DNA of 64,000 bases, from assembly GCA_041659225.1 (NCBI GenBank), contig JBAZYR010000006.1, positions 1,541-65,540 on the forward strand. The letters run 5' to 3'. The notes beneath the pieces were generated by a model. The model did not search any database, had not been told where the DNA came from, and was given only the letters and a program-made list of their open reading frames with translations. Shown one piece after another: positions 46,943 to 56,391 of the stretch (positions are counted from its first letter, which is position 1; each line of letters begins with the position of its first letter). The translations under genes were made by a program, and so were the position numbers. The stretch comes from Candidatus Staskawiczbacteria bacterium. GTDB taxonomy: Bacteria > Patescibacteriota > Minisyncoccia > Minisyncoccales > Staskawiczbacteraceae.

Positions 46943-46977
46943 GCCGCCCTGCGCAACAGCGTACGGGCGGCTTTCTT
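46943..46977. terminator. Convergent terminator shared by cassette D and pth
   Basis: GCCGCCC-(15 nt)-GGGCGGC followed by TTTCTT. It overlaps the pth stop codon. Confidence 0.6.
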
Positions 46978-47545
46978 ATTTATTAAATTCGTTCATTGCT
47001 TTCTCTGCGCCCTCGTTGATTAGCAGAGTTAAAGCCCTTGCCACTATCTCTACCGCTTTATCTTTCAATTCGTCTTCTTCTTTTTTAAAATTGCCGATTA
47101 CAAACTTTTCTGGATTTTTTGGTTTCATACTACCCGGCAAGATGCCCATTCTTATTCTAATGAAGTTTTCTTTGCCTAGATTCGTAATAATTGACTCTAC
47201 TCCTTTATGTCCGGCAGATCCTCTATTCTTGGATATTTTTATTGTTCCCAGCGCCAAATCAATATCGTCATGAATCACGATTATGTCTTCCGGCTGTTGC
47301 TCGGTATTAGAAATGATTTTCTTTGTTGCCTTTCCAGATTCATTCATAAAGGTCTGGGGTTTTGCCAAGAGTATCTTTTCTCCGGCCAAAATTCCTTCAG
47401 ATATAAAGGAACTATATTTTTTTGATAACGCAAAATCGGGGAAATTATTCTTCTCCGCAAACGCATCTACGGCCATAAAACCGAAGTTATGTCGTGTGTT
47501 TTTGAACTTTTCTCCCGGATTTCCGAGGCCGATAATTATCTTCAT
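46976..47545 (-). CDS. pth: Peptidyl-tRNA hydrolase
   Basis: MKIIIGLGNPGEKFKNTRHNFGF is a canonical Pth N-terminus. Confidence 0.95.
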   Translation of the reverse strand: MKIIIGLGNPGEKFKNTRHNFGFMAVDAFAEKNNFPDFALSKKYSSFISEGILAGEKILLAKPQTFMNESGKATKKIISNTEQQPEDIIVIHDDIDLALGTIKISKNRGSAGHKGVESIITNLGKENFIRIRMGILPGSMKPKNPEKFVIGNFKKEEDELKDKAVEIVARALTLLINEGAEKAMNEFNK

Positions 47546-47575
47546 ATATTATAGAATATATCATAGAAAATCTGT

Positions 47576-47604
47576 TTGACAAAGGGTCGTCTAAAGTATA
47601 CTAT
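47576..47604 (+). promoter_or_regulatory. Promoter of cassette E
   Basis: TTGACA (47576-81), 17 nt spacer, TACTAT (47599-604). Confidence 0.5.
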
Positions 47605-47745
47605 AAACTAATCGTTTTTGAGCACATTTAAATTATAACGAAAGGAGAGAAATGAACTGAAAAAAGCAGATTTTTGAGCCGCGGAGGTACACTAGGGAAT
47701 GGAAGTGTACGTTCGGATGTTGGATCAAATCTGAAGGGATTCTCA

Positions 47746-48015
47746 ATGTCTAGGTCTGGCGAGCCATCACGTCTGCAGATCATGTCCGTAGTCGGGGATC
47801 TTTCCGAGGTCGACATTAACGACCCGAAGCAGATGAAGAAGTTCGGGAGGCGTCTTGACGTCCCCGACCGAAAGATCCGGTGCTGCCTGACAAGCCTGAT
47901 GAGAAAGGAGCGCAGGAATGGCAAAATGGTTTGTGCGAAAGGTCCGCCCCCGCCTTATCGAAACAGGCGTGGCAACACTCGCGTACAGGCTTTTGCTGTT
48001 TCTGCAAGAGGGTAA
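47746..48015 (+). CDS. GC-rich orphan protein E1, 89 aa (cassette E)
   Basis: SD GAAGGG 7 nt before the ATG. Third-position GC is high (42 of 57 codons by hand) up to about 47915, then drops. The stretch VDINDPKQMKKFGRRLDVPDRKI vaguely recalls DUF3606-type small proteins. The 3' third is uncertain because of an overlapping frame. Confidence 0.45.
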   Translation: MSRSGEPSRLQIMSVVGDLSEVDINDPKQMKKFGRRLDVPDRKIRCCLTSLMRKERRNGKMVCAKGPPPPYRNRRGNTRVQAFAVSARG

Positions 48016-48020
48016 ATACC

Positions 48021-48617
48021 ATGGAAGGTACAATGACCCCAATTACTGCCCTTGCGGGCCTGCTTTCAAGGGTCGTTCAAGAAGAATGCCCCTCTGTCAC
48101 TTTGCTGATAAGTGCCGTTGAGCGGCAAAAGATTAAGCAAGCATTTGAGGTGGCTCATCCATTAGCCGAGCAACTTAAACATAGAGCGAAGGATGTGTGC
48201 TGCTTTTCACTGTACCGAACAAGTCCGAATTCGTGGAAGCTTCTGACAACCCATGGAAATGTTGTTGTCAGCGAGAAAGACGGCGTATTCAAGACTACCG
48301 CTTGTTCTGATCAACGAGAGCCGAGAAAAGGTCATACAATCCGTAACAGACTGTTGGGACAGTGGAGTACCGCCTACAAGAAGATGGGCTTCCGCTACCC
48401 GACAGTGAAGGGTAACGTTCTTTTCTGCGGGGATTTCTCGCTTCTTCATCCGGCCGCATTGATAGGGCTGCAGATGCTGTTCACAATTAACGGTGCTGCC
48501 AAAGTGGCTTTTGCTACTCCGGTAATTGATGGTGAAAACCATCGAGTATTAGAGCAGCAGGGCTGCAAAATCATCATGCTTCGGCCCGTAGGCGAAGCAT
48601 TCTCGCTTTCAGCGTGA
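48021..48617 (+). CDS. GC-rich orphan protein E2, 198 aa (cassette E)
   Basis: SD AAGAGGG contains the E1 stop (GGGTAA) and lies 8 nt before the ATG, suggesting translational coupling. MEGTMTPITALAGLLSRVVQEEC... No family recognised. The track start at 47880 is rejected. Confidence 0.6.
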   Translation: MEGTMTPITALAGLLSRVVQEECPSVTLLISAVERQKIKQAFEVAHPLAEQLKHRAKDVCCFSLYRTSPNSWKLLTTHGNVVVSEKDGVFKTTACSDQREPRKGHTIRNRLLGQWSTAYKKMGFRYPTVKGNVLFCGDFSLLHPAALIGLQMLFTINGAAKVAFATPVIDGENHRVLEQQGCKIIMLRPVGEAFSLSA

Positions 48618-48643
48618 TTTCTCTCTAATAGCACAAAGCACAG

Positions 48644-48666
48644 GGCTGTCGCACGACAGCCTTTTT
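48644..48666 (+). terminator. Terminator of cassette E
   Basis: GGCTGTC-GCAC-GACAGCC followed by T5. Confidence 0.7.
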
Positions 48667-48707
48667 ACTTGTTAAAATACAAAAAGAGTGATATTATTAC
48701 TATTGTT

Positions 48708-49262
48708 ATGAATCAAACTCTCACATATATCTGGGAATTTGCAAAGATTTTTTTGATCGCTTTAATAATAGTAGTTCCTATCCGCTATTTTTTATTCCAG
48801 CCATTCATCGTTCAAGGAGATTCAATGGTGCCGAATTTTCACTCTGGCGACTACTTGATTATTGATGAAATATCATATCGGTTTGGCTCGCCCCAAAGAG
48901 GAGATATTATTGTTTTTAAATATCCCAAAAACCCAATTCACAGATTCATTAAGAGAATTATCGGCTTGCCAGGAGAAACTGTCAGCGTCAAAGACGGGAT
49001 AGTGACTATTTACGATAAAGACGGAAACCAGCAAATTTTGGACGAAACAGTATATCTGCCTGATGCAATATCAACTACTTATGGAGATATGCGGATTATT
49101 CTAAGCGATACGGAATACTTTGTGCTGGGAGATAACCGAGCGTATTCTTCAGACTCCAGAGCCTGGGGACCACTTCCGAGAGATAATATTATAGGGAAAG
49201 TATTTATCAGGGTTTTCCCATTCGCAGCTTTAAGCAAAATACCAACGCCAGCTTATCAATAA
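48708..49262 (+). CDS. lepB: Signal peptidase I
   Basis: VQGDSMVPNF (catalytic Ser), GDIIVFKYP, RFIKRIIGLPGE (catalytic Lys region), GDNRAYSSDSR. I prefer ATG 48708 over TTG 48669, which sits in the preceding terminator T run. Confidence 0.9.
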   Translation: MNQTLTYIWEFAKIFLIALIIVVPIRYFLFQPFIVQGDSMVPNFHSGDYLIIDEISYRFGSPQRGDIIVFKYPKNPIHRFIKRIIGLPGETVSVKDGIVTIYDKDGNQQILDETVYLPDAISTTYGDMRIILSDTEYFVLGDNRAYSSDSRAWGPLPRDNIIGKVFIRVFPFAALSKIPTPAYQ

Positions 49263-49263
49263 A

Positions 49264-50550
49264 ATGCAAAAAAAGAACAAATTCCAATCCTTACCGGGGA
49301 TGCACGATATATTACCTGACGACCAGGTATATTTCCAGAAGGTTTGCAAATCGGTGGAAAGCATCGCTAATTTTTATACCTTCAAAAGAATTGAGACTCC
49401 CCTTCTGGAAGATGCCGATATCTACTATAAAGGAACAGGAGAAGACACGGAGATTGTCGAAAAGCAAATGTATACCTTCCGAACCAAAGGCGGAGACCAC
49501 GTTGCTTTAAGGCCTGAATGGACCCCTTCAATCGTCCGCAGCTATATCGAGCATGGCATGCAAAGTTTGCCTCAGCCAGTAAAGTTGTGGTACTATGGTC
49601 CATGTTTCCGTTATGAACGTCCGCAGGCTGGGAGATACAGGCAGTTTCACCAGTTTGGCTTTGAGGTGATAGGAGAAGCCAAGCCGGCAATTGACTGCCA
49701 GATTATCCAGATGAGCCACGACGTTCTGAAGGAAATGCGTTTTAAAAACTTAATAATCGAAGTAAACAGCATCGGGGACTCAGAATGTCGACCATACTTT
49801 AAGAAGAATTTAATGAACTATTTAAGGTCGAAACGGTCATCCCTGTGCCCTGATTGCCAGAGACGGCTTAAACAGAATCCGTTGAGGATACTGGACTGCA
49901 AAGAAGAGAAGTGCCAAAGAATAAAAGCCGGTGCTCCTCAGATAATTGATCACCTTTGCGAAAGCTGCCACAGCCATTTCAAGCAAGTTCTGGAGTTTCT
50001 TGATGAATCCGAAATACCGTACAATCTTAACCCGTACCTAGTAAGGGGATTAGATTATTACACGAAAACTGTTTTTGAGATTTTTGAAAATACTCCGCAA
50101 GGAAAAGAACAAGGCGCTTTAATGGGGGGTGGGAGATACGACAACTTAGTGAAGATTCTTGGAGGCAGGAACACGCCAGCTTGCGGAGCTGCAGGCGGAG
50201 TGGAAAGGATTATGAGTTTGTTGAAGAACAAAGAGACCAAGCCGGACACTTCGAAAGATGCAAAAGTATTTTTAGCCCAGCTCGGGAATTTATCAAAAAA
50301 GAAAAGCTTAAAAATACTTGAAGAATTCAGGAGAGCTAAAATTACGGTTGCCGAAACACTCTCCAAAGATTCTTTGAAAGCACAGTTCCGAACAGCGAAT
50401 AAATTAGGCGTAAGATACGTTTTAATATTCGGCCAAAGGGAAGCCTTGAATGATGAGATTATTGTCCGGGACATGGATAAAGGATCTCAAGAAGTATTCA
50501 AGTTAGATGCAGTCGTTGCAGAAGTAAAAAAGAAACTTAAAAATCTTTAA
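49264..50550 (+). CDS. hisS: Histidine--tRNA ligase
   Basis: LPGMHDILP...LRPEWTPSIVR...CFRYERPQAGRYRQFHQFGFE...GGGRYD. Confidence 0.95.
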   Translation: MQKKNKFQSLPGMHDILPDDQVYFQKVCKSVESIANFYTFKRIETPLLEDADIYYKGTGEDTEIVEKQMYTFRTKGGDHVALRPEWTPSIVRSYIEHGMQSLPQPVKLWYYGPCFRYERPQAGRYRQFHQFGFEVIGEAKPAIDCQIIQMSHDVLKEMRFKNLIIEVNSIGDSECRPYFKKNLMNYLRSKRSSLCPDCQRRLKQNPLRILDCKEEKCQRIKAGAPQIIDHLCESCHSHFKQVLEFLDESEIPYNLNPYLVRGLDYYTKTVFEIFENTPQGKEQGALMGGGRYDNLVKILGGRNTPACGAAGGVERIMSLLKNKETKPDTSKDAKVFLAQLGNLSKKKSLKILEEFRRAKITVAETLSKDSLKAQFRTANKLGVRYVLIFGQREALNDEIIVRDMDKGSQEVFKLDAVVAEVKKKLKNL

Positions 50551-50562
50551 TTGTAAAAATAT

Positions 50563-50784
50563 ATGGCTTTAGAAGTTAGAAAAAAAGAAAGAGAAACATC
50601 TCAGAATCTAGTTCACCGCTTTACTAAAACCGTCCGGCGCGGAGGGGTTTTAATCGAGGCTAGGAAAAGACAATTTCATAAAAGAGTAAAAAGTGATTTA
50701 GCCAACAAGAAGTCAGCCATTCGCAGAGAGGAATCCAGGATAAAATACGAAAAAGAGAAAAAGTTTTCTAAGCCCACTGCTTAA
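50563..50784 (+). CDS. rpsU: 30S ribosomal protein S21
   Basis: 73 aa, basic. The LVHRFTK...IEARKRQFH pattern is typical of S21. Confidence 0.75.
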   Translation: MALEVRKKERETSQNLVHRFTKTVRRGGVLIEARKRQFHKRVKSDLANKKSAIRREESRIKYEKEKKFSKPTA

Positions 50785-50785
50785 T

Positions 50786-51286
50786 ATGTTAAAAGAAACA
50801 ATCAAAGAGGAAGTGAATAGGGCGATGAAAGAAGGAAACGAAACTGTTTGTAGCGTCCTGAGAATGCTTTTGGCTGCTATTGTTTCTAGGGAGAAAGAAA
50901 AGAGATACAAACTATCAAAAGAAAAACCAGAACTGGACGAAGAGAGACTTGTTAAAGAATCTCAAATAACCGACGAAGGAGTAATTGAAGTTGTATCTAC
51001 GGAAATAAAAAAAAGGAAGGATGCAGTCGTGCTATATGAGAAAGGCGGGCGGAAGGAGCTAGCTGACAAAGAGAAGAAGGAAATAGAAATTTTAATGAAA
51101 TATTTGCCAGAACAGCTTTCTGCCGAAGAAGTAAAAAAAATAGTTGAAGAGGCAATGGGCAAAACTGGTGCCAAGGAAATCAAGGATATGGGCAGAGTAA
51201 TGGCAGAGGTTATGGCAAAAGTGAAAGGGAAAGCAGACAGCGGAGAAGTAGGGAAATTAGTTAAAGATATATTAACTTCGAAATAA
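50786..51286 (+). CDS. GatB/YqeY domain protein
   Basis: MLKETIKEEVNRAMKEGNE...LRMLLAAI...EIEILMKYLPEQLS. Confidence 0.8.
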   Translation: MLKETIKEEVNRAMKEGNETVCSVLRMLLAAIVSREKEKRYKLSKEKPELDEERLVKESQITDEGVIEVVSTEIKKRKDAVVLYEKGGRKELADKEKKEIEILMKYLPEQLSAEEVKKIVEEAMGKTGAKEIKDMGRVMAEVMAKVKGKADSGEVGKLVKDILTSK

Positions 51287-51290
51287 CAGA

Positions 51291-51310
51291 AACCGCCTTG
51301 GGCGGTTTTT
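51291..51310 (+). terminator. Intrinsic terminator
   Basis: AACCGCC-TTG-GGCGGTT followed by T5. Confidence 0.7.
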
Positions 51311-51372
51311 GCGTGAATCTATCCACAGGTCGTGCGTTTGCCATATATTGTTTTTTCTAATATCATTGATTA

Positions 51373-51774
51373 ATGATTACGATTCACAATCTGACAAATT
51401 TTGTCGTAAGTGAGGTTTTTTTAAAGAGAGTTGCAAAAGTTGTTTTAAAAGGAGAAAATGTAATGAAGAAAGAGCTTTCTGTCGTGCTAGTAAAACCGGA
51501 GGAAATAAAAAAGGTGAATAATATTTACAGGAAGAAAAATAAACCAACGGATGTGCTCTCTTTCGAAGGAGCAGAAAATAATTTAGGCGAAGTATTAATT
51601 TGCCCTTCGGTAGTGAAAGGAAATTCCGAGAAAAACAAATTAAATTTTCAAGAAGAAATATCATTTGTTTTAATCCACGGTATTTTACATCTTCTAGGAT
51701 ATGATCACGAAGGAAGCAAGGCGCAGGAAAAAAAAATGGAACAAAAACAAGAATATTATTTAACTCGAATCTAA
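51373..51774 (+). CDS. ybeY: rRNA maturation RNase YbeY
   Basis: HGILHLLGYDHE zinc motif. Confidence 0.85.
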   Translation: MITIHNLTNFVVSEVFLKRVAKVVLKGENVMKKELSVVLVKPEEIKKVNNIYRKKNKPTDVLSFEGAENNLGEVLICPSVVKGNSEKNKLNFQEEISFVLIHGILHLLGYDHEGSKAQEKKMEQKQEYYLTRI

Positions 51775-51780
51775 ATTTTC

Positions 51781-52998
51781 ATGGCCAAGGTTCACGTAAT
51801 TACAGGATTAGATATCGGCACGTCTGCCATCAAGGCTTTGGTTGTACAGAAAAAAGGAAAAGAGTTGGAGGTATTGGCGCAATCTCAAATCCCCTCTTTC
51901 GGCGTGAGAAAAGGAGTGGTTATGAACGTTGAAGAAGTTTCAAAAAATATACAGGCGCTTTTGGCCGAGGTTGAAAAACTTTCCAACAAAAGAATAAATT
52001 CTGTTTTTGTTAATATCAACGGCAGCCATTTACACGTTACGCTCTCTGACGGAATAATTTCTGTTTCACGGGCTGACCAAAAGATTTCACAGGAGGATAT
52101 CGAAAGAGTAATTCAGGCTGCCCGGGCAATTAATATTCCTTCTAACGAGGAGATATTAGACGACTTTCCTCGAGAGTTCATCATTGACGATCAAAAAGGA
52201 ATAAAGGAGCCTTTAGGACTGACGGGGATAAGACTGGAAGTAAAAACACTTTTGCTTTGTGTTTTCTCTCCATATTTCATAAATCTAACGCAATCGGTCC
52301 TGGGTACTAAGGTCCAGATAGATGATATTATACCCTCTCCTTTAGCCGCTGCTGCGGCTGTTTTAACGCCACAGCAGAAAGAAATCGGGGTGGCTTTAGT
52401 AGATATTGGAGCCGCTACCACTAGCTTGGCAGTTTTTGAGGAAGGAGAACTGATGCATTTTGTTATCTTCCCGATCGGTTCGGCGAATATAACAAATGAT
52501 ATTGCTATCGGGCTGAGAACGGAAATTGGGATTGCAGAAAATATTAAAAAAGAATACGGCTCCTGCTTTGTCGGGAGAGGAAAGAAGGATAAGGTTTCTC
52601 ACTCGAAAAAGAAAATAGAGATTTTTGATAAGAATTCCCCGCTTTCCTTCCCGCAGAAGTTTTTAATAAGTATTATAGAGCCGCGGGTATCTGAAATTTT
52701 AGAATTGGTTAATAAGGAATTGAAAAAGATCGGGCGCCAGCAATTGCTGCCAGGCGGTATAGTCCTAACCGGCGGTGGTTCAAAATTACCGAAGATAAAA
52801 GAGTTGGTTAAGCAGGAGTTGAAGTTACCATGTGAAATAGGAATTCCTACGGGTATAGTGGGGCTAGAGGAGGATCCTTCTTTGGCTACTGTTTGCGGGC
52901 TTGTTTTGGAAGGATCTAACTTTGGAGGGGGAAATATTCAAACAACGAGTGGATTTTGGCAGAAGGTTAAGAGAGTCTTCAGGAATTTCGTTCCGTAA
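51781..52998 (+). CDS. ftsA: Cell division protein FtsA
   Basis: Actin-like ATPase: GLDIGTSAIKALV, VDIGAATTSLAVF, GGIVLTGGGSKLP. Confidence 0.9.
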   Translation: MAKVHVITGLDIGTSAIKALVVQKKGKELEVLAQSQIPSFGVRKGVVMNVEEVSKNIQALLAEVEKLSNKRINSVFVNINGSHLHVTLSDGIISVSRADQKISQEDIERVIQAARAINIPSNEEILDDFPREFIIDDQKGIKEPLGLTGIRLEVKTLLLCVFSPYFINLTQSVLGTKVQIDDIIPSPLAAAAAVLTPQQKEIGVALVDIGAATTSLAVFEEGELMHFVIFPIGSANITNDIAIGLRTEIGIAENIKKEYGSCFVGRGKKDKVSHSKKKIEIFDKNSPLSFPQKFLISIIEPRVSEILELVNKELKKIGRQQLLPGGIVLTGGGSKLPKIKELVKQELKLPCEIGIPTGIVGLEEDPSLATVCGLVLEGSNFGGGNIQTTSGFWQKVKRVFRNFVP

Positions 52999-53023
52999 AC
53001 TTATCCTCGTCTGCTTTTATCAT

Positions 53024-53043
53024 TCCGCCTATGGCGGATTTTT
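53024..53043 (+). terminator. Hairpin between ftsA and ftsZ
   Basis: TCCGCC-TAT-GGCGGA followed by T5. Confidence 0.6.
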
Positions 53044-53083
53044 AATATGGACAAACCATATTTAATAAGGTAGATTTTAGTTG

Positions 53084-54010
53084 ATGAAAGTCAGTCCTAA
53101 AATAAAGGTTATCGGAGTTGGAGGATCAGGATCCAACACAGTTTCCCGGATGTCAAAATGCCAAATGGAGGGAGTTGATTTGGTTGCTGTAAATACCGAT
53201 GCGCAAGCATTACATTTTTGCAACGCAGAGAATAAAATTCTGATCGGAGAAAATATTACCAAAGGCCTTGGAACCGGGATGGATGTTTTTCTCGGCAAGA
53301 AGGCAGCTGAAGAAAACAGAGATAATATAGAGAAGTCTTTGGCAGGTGCGAATATGGTTTTTGTAACTTGCGGGCTTGGAGGCGGGACCGGCTCCGGCGC
53401 CTCTCCGGTTATTTCTGAAATATCAAAAGGCCTCGGCATACTTACAATAGCGGTTGTGACCAAACCTTTTTCTTTTGAAGGAGAAGAAAGAAGAAAGATC
53501 GCCTGTTCTGCAATTGAGAAACTTAAAGATAAAGTAGACGCTCTGCTGATTATCTCTAACGATAAATTACTGCAACTCGCTGATAATAAAACTACAGTGA
53601 GCAACGCGTTTTGGATTTGCGACGAAGTATTGAGGGAAGCAGTTCAAGGTATCACTGATTTAATACTATTGCCCGGAATAATCATCGTGGACATGGCTTC
53701 TGTCTTGGCAATTATGAAAAATGCAGGCCGCGCGCTCTTCGGAGTTGGAAGAGCACAGGGGGAGAATAGGGCAGTTGAAGCAGCCACTAAAGCTATTAAC
53801 TCTCCACTGCTAGATTCTTCCATCTCGGGCGCAAAAGGAATACTATTTAACGTTTCCGGCCGGGACATCGGGCTTCACGAAGTTTCTGAAGCAGCAAAAA
53901 TCATAACCGAGAAGGCTGATCCAAAAGCTCAGGTGATTTTTGGCGCAGTGACTGATCCGAAATTAAAGAAAGGAGAAATAAAGGTAACTGTTATTGCCAC
54001 AGGTTTTTAA
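53084..54010 (+). CDS. ftsZ: Cell division protein FtsZ (short, 308 aa)
   Basis: IKVIGVGGSGSN and the GGGTGSGASPV tubulin signature. ATG 53084 is preferred over TTG 53081. Confidence 0.95.
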   Translation: MKVSPKIKVIGVGGSGSNTVSRMSKCQMEGVDLVAVNTDAQALHFCNAENKILIGENITKGLGTGMDVFLGKKAAEENRDNIEKSLAGANMVFVTCGLGGGTGSGASPVISEISKGLGILTIAVVTKPFSFEGEERRKIACSAIEKLKDKVDALLIISNDKLLQLADNKTTVSNAFWICDEVLREAVQGITDLILLPGIIIVDMASVLAIMKNAGRALFGVGRAQGENRAVEAATKAINSPLLDSSISGAKGILFNVSGRDIGLHEVSEAAKIITEKADPKAQVIFGAVTDPKLKKGEIKVTVIATGF

Positions 54011-54196
54011 AAGTTATTCACAGGGCTTGTGCTCTTGTAACGTTATCTGGTAAAATTGAGTCACTCACAGGATTAGTTGCAAAAAATAATATATTTTTTT
54101 AAATAATTCTGGCAGGGCTTGACCTGCTTTCTTGCTAAGTTTAAAATGAGATAATTTCGACCTTAGTTATTTTTTTTTCGTCAGTATTGCGTCATC

Positions 54197-56311
54197 ATGG
54201 AAAATAAAATTACAAAAATTCAAAAGAGAGACGGAACGATTGTAGATTTTGAGCAAGAAAAAATTACTAATGCGGTTTTTAAAGCAATTACTGCTGCGGG
54301 ACAAGGCGACGGAAAGAAATCTAAAAAGGTTTCTGCTCGGGTCCTCCAACTTTTGAGCAGACGTTTTAAAAAAGACGAGATTCCGCAGGTTGAACAAGTG
54401 CAAGATATTGTTGAAGAAGCTCTAATCCTTGAGGGACTGGTTGAAACTGCCAAATCTTACATCCTCTACCGAGAGCAAAGAAGGAAGATAAGAGAAGCAA
54501 CAAAGGTTACCGACGAATCAAGTGAAAAAATCAACAGCTATTTACAGGAGCTTGATTGGCAAGTAAATGAAAACGCCAATATGACGTTTTCACTACAGGG
54601 GTTGAACCAATACGTTGGTTCATATATTTCGAAAAAGTATTGGCTCAACAGAATCTATCCCACCGAGATACGCGAGGCTGCTGCCAGAGAAGATTTCCAT
54701 ATCCATAACCTCGAATTATTAGCTCCATACTGCATGGGTTGGGATTTGTACGATTTATTAATGAGGGGATTCGGCGGGGTAAAAGGAAAAATCGAATGCA
54801 GGCCCGCAAAACATCTGAGAACCGCTTTGGGCCAACTGGTTAATTTCCTATACACCGTTCAAGGTGAAACAGCTGGAGCCAATGCGGTCTCAAATTTTGA
54901 TACATTGCTAGCTCCCTTCATCCGCTATGATGGATTGAACTATGCTCAGGTTAAGCAGGCAATGCAGGAATTTCTTTATAGCTGTATGGTGCCTACGAGA
55001 GTGGGATTTCAGACACCGTTTTTGAATGTGACGTTGGATATAAAAGCACCGTCGTTTTTAGCTAAACAGCCCGTTATGATAGCCGGCCAGCCACAGAAAG
55101 AGACCTACGGAGAATTCCAGCCTGAGATGGATATGTTTGTCCGTGCCTTTTATGAGGGTTTAATGGAAGGAGATGCCAGCGGAAGGCCGTTTACTTTCCC
55201 AATCCCGACTGTCTCTATTACAAAAGATTTTAATTGGGACAATCCAGTTTTGAAACCGTTATGGGAAGCAACTGCTAAATACGGAGTAAACTACTTTTCT
55301 AATTTTATTCAATCAGAGATGAGTCCTGAAGATGCACGATCTATGTGTTGCCGATTGAGGCTAGATAATAGGGAATTGTATAAAAGAGGCGGAGGGCTTT
55401 TCGGCTCAGCTCCCCTCACAGGTTCAGTCGGGGTTGTAACGATTAATTTACCCCGTATCGGATATTTATCGAAAACTAAAAAAGAATTCTTCGAGCGTTT
55501 AGAAAAATTGATGGATTTGGCAAAAGAAAGTTTGGAAATTAAAAGGAAAGCGATAGAGAACTTTATTGAAAAAGGACTTTACCCATATTCAAAGCACTAC
55601 TTGTCCTCAGTTAAAAAGATCAGAAATTCATACTTTGGAAATCATTTTTCAACCATTGGGTTGATAGGGATGAATGAAGCCCTCCTTAATTTTATAGGGG
55701 AAGATATCGGATCTGTCCGCGGCCGGAAGTTTGCTGCTGAAGTCCTGGATTTTATGCGAGATGTATTGGTGAAATACCAGAAAGATACCGGCAATATGTA
55801 TAACCTTGAAGCAACGCCTGGAGAAGGAACAAGCTATAGGCAAGCTGCCTCCGATAGAGAGTTGTATCCCGATATTATTACCGCTGGCACCAAACAAGTC
55901 CCGTATTATACTAATTCAACCCATTTGCCAGTTAACTACACCGATGATTCCTTTGAAGCTTTAAAGCTTCAAGACGGATTACAGACAAAATATACAGGAG
56001 GAACTGTCCTACACCTTTTCTTAGGTGAAAGGATAAATGACCCAGACATGGCAAAGAATATGGTTAGGAAAGTTTTTGAGAAATTCCACTTGCCATATAT
56101 CACCCTTACTCCAACCTTCTCTATCTGTCCGACTCACGGCTATTTGGACGGGGAAAAATTTGAATGCCCGAAATGTATAGTTAAACAACCCTGCGAAGTT
56201 TATTCTCGCGTTGTGGGATATATACGGCCGGTTCAGCAGTGGCATAAGGGGAAAAAACAAGAGTACCAAGAGAGGAAGGAGTATAAAGTGTTAAAAAAGG
56301 TAGCAGCTTAA
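54197..56311 (+). CDS. nrdD: Anaerobic ribonucleoside-triphosphate reductase (class III) with an ATP cone
   Basis: N-terminal ATP cone (KIQKRDGTIVDFEQEKI), a C-terminal Zn site (CPTHG...CPKC) and the glycyl-radical motif SRVVGYIRP. Confidence 0.95.
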   Translation: MENKITKIQKRDGTIVDFEQEKITNAVFKAITAAGQGDGKKSKKVSARVLQLLSRRFKKDEIPQVEQVQDIVEEALILEGLVETAKSYILYREQRRKIREATKVTDESSEKINSYLQELDWQVNENANMTFSLQGLNQYVGSYISKKYWLNRIYPTEIREAAAREDFHIHNLELLAPYCMGWDLYDLLMRGFGGVKGKIECRPAKHLRTALGQLVNFLYTVQGETAGANAVSNFDTLLAPFIRYDGLNYAQVKQAMQEFLYSCMVPTRVGFQTPFLNVTLDIKAPSFLAKQPVMIAGQPQKETYGEFQPEMDMFVRAFYEGLMEGDASGRPFTFPIPTVSITKDFNWDNPVLKPLWEATAKYGVNYFSNFIQSEMSPEDARSMCCRLRLDNRELYKRGGGLFGSAPLTGSVGVVTINLPRIGYLSKTKKEFFERLEKLMDLAKESLEIKRKAIENFIEKGLYPYSKHYLSSVKKIRNSYFGNHFSTIGLIGMNEALLNFIGEDIGSVRGRKFAAEVLDFMRDVLVKYQKDTGNMYNLEATPGEGTSYRQAASDRELYPDIITAGTKQVPYYTNSTHLPVNYTDDSFEALKLQDGLQTKYTGGTVLHLFLGERINDPDMAKNMVRKVFEKFHLPYITLTPTFSICPTHGYLDGEKFECPKCIVKQPCEVYSRVVGYIRPVQQWHKGKKQEYQERKEYKVLKKVAA

Positions 56312-56332
56312 ATTCAATGTATTTTTCGAAGG

Positions 56333-56357
56333 CCGCTTTAGTTGAAAGCGGTTTTTT
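56333..56357 (+). terminator. nrdD terminator
   Basis: CCGCTTT-AGTTG-AAAGCGG followed by T6. Confidence 0.7.
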
Positions 56358-56391
56358 GGTATAATGGTTGAATATTATTCGGCCTAATTTT

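Noticed and set aside
47628-48634. Antisense and out-of-frame ORFs across island E (47628-47924 -, 47767-48042 -, 47816-48022 -, 48207-48542 -, 48446-48634 -, and 47674/47880 + starts)
   Set aside because: No SD or promoter context, and low-complexity Arg/Pro/Ser-rich translations typical of wrong frames in GC-rich DNA. The 47918-48121 frame is kept as an open question in the findings rather than called as a gene.
54021-54135. Duplicated CAGGGCTTG 9-mers and an AT-rich near-palindrome (AAAAAATAATATATTTTTTT) upstream of nrdD as NrdR boxes or a riboswitch
   Set aside because: There is no ACACwAtATaTwGTGT-like NrdR consensus, and the repeats are short enough to be chance. One copy is part of a likely ftsZ terminator and the nrdD -35 region.
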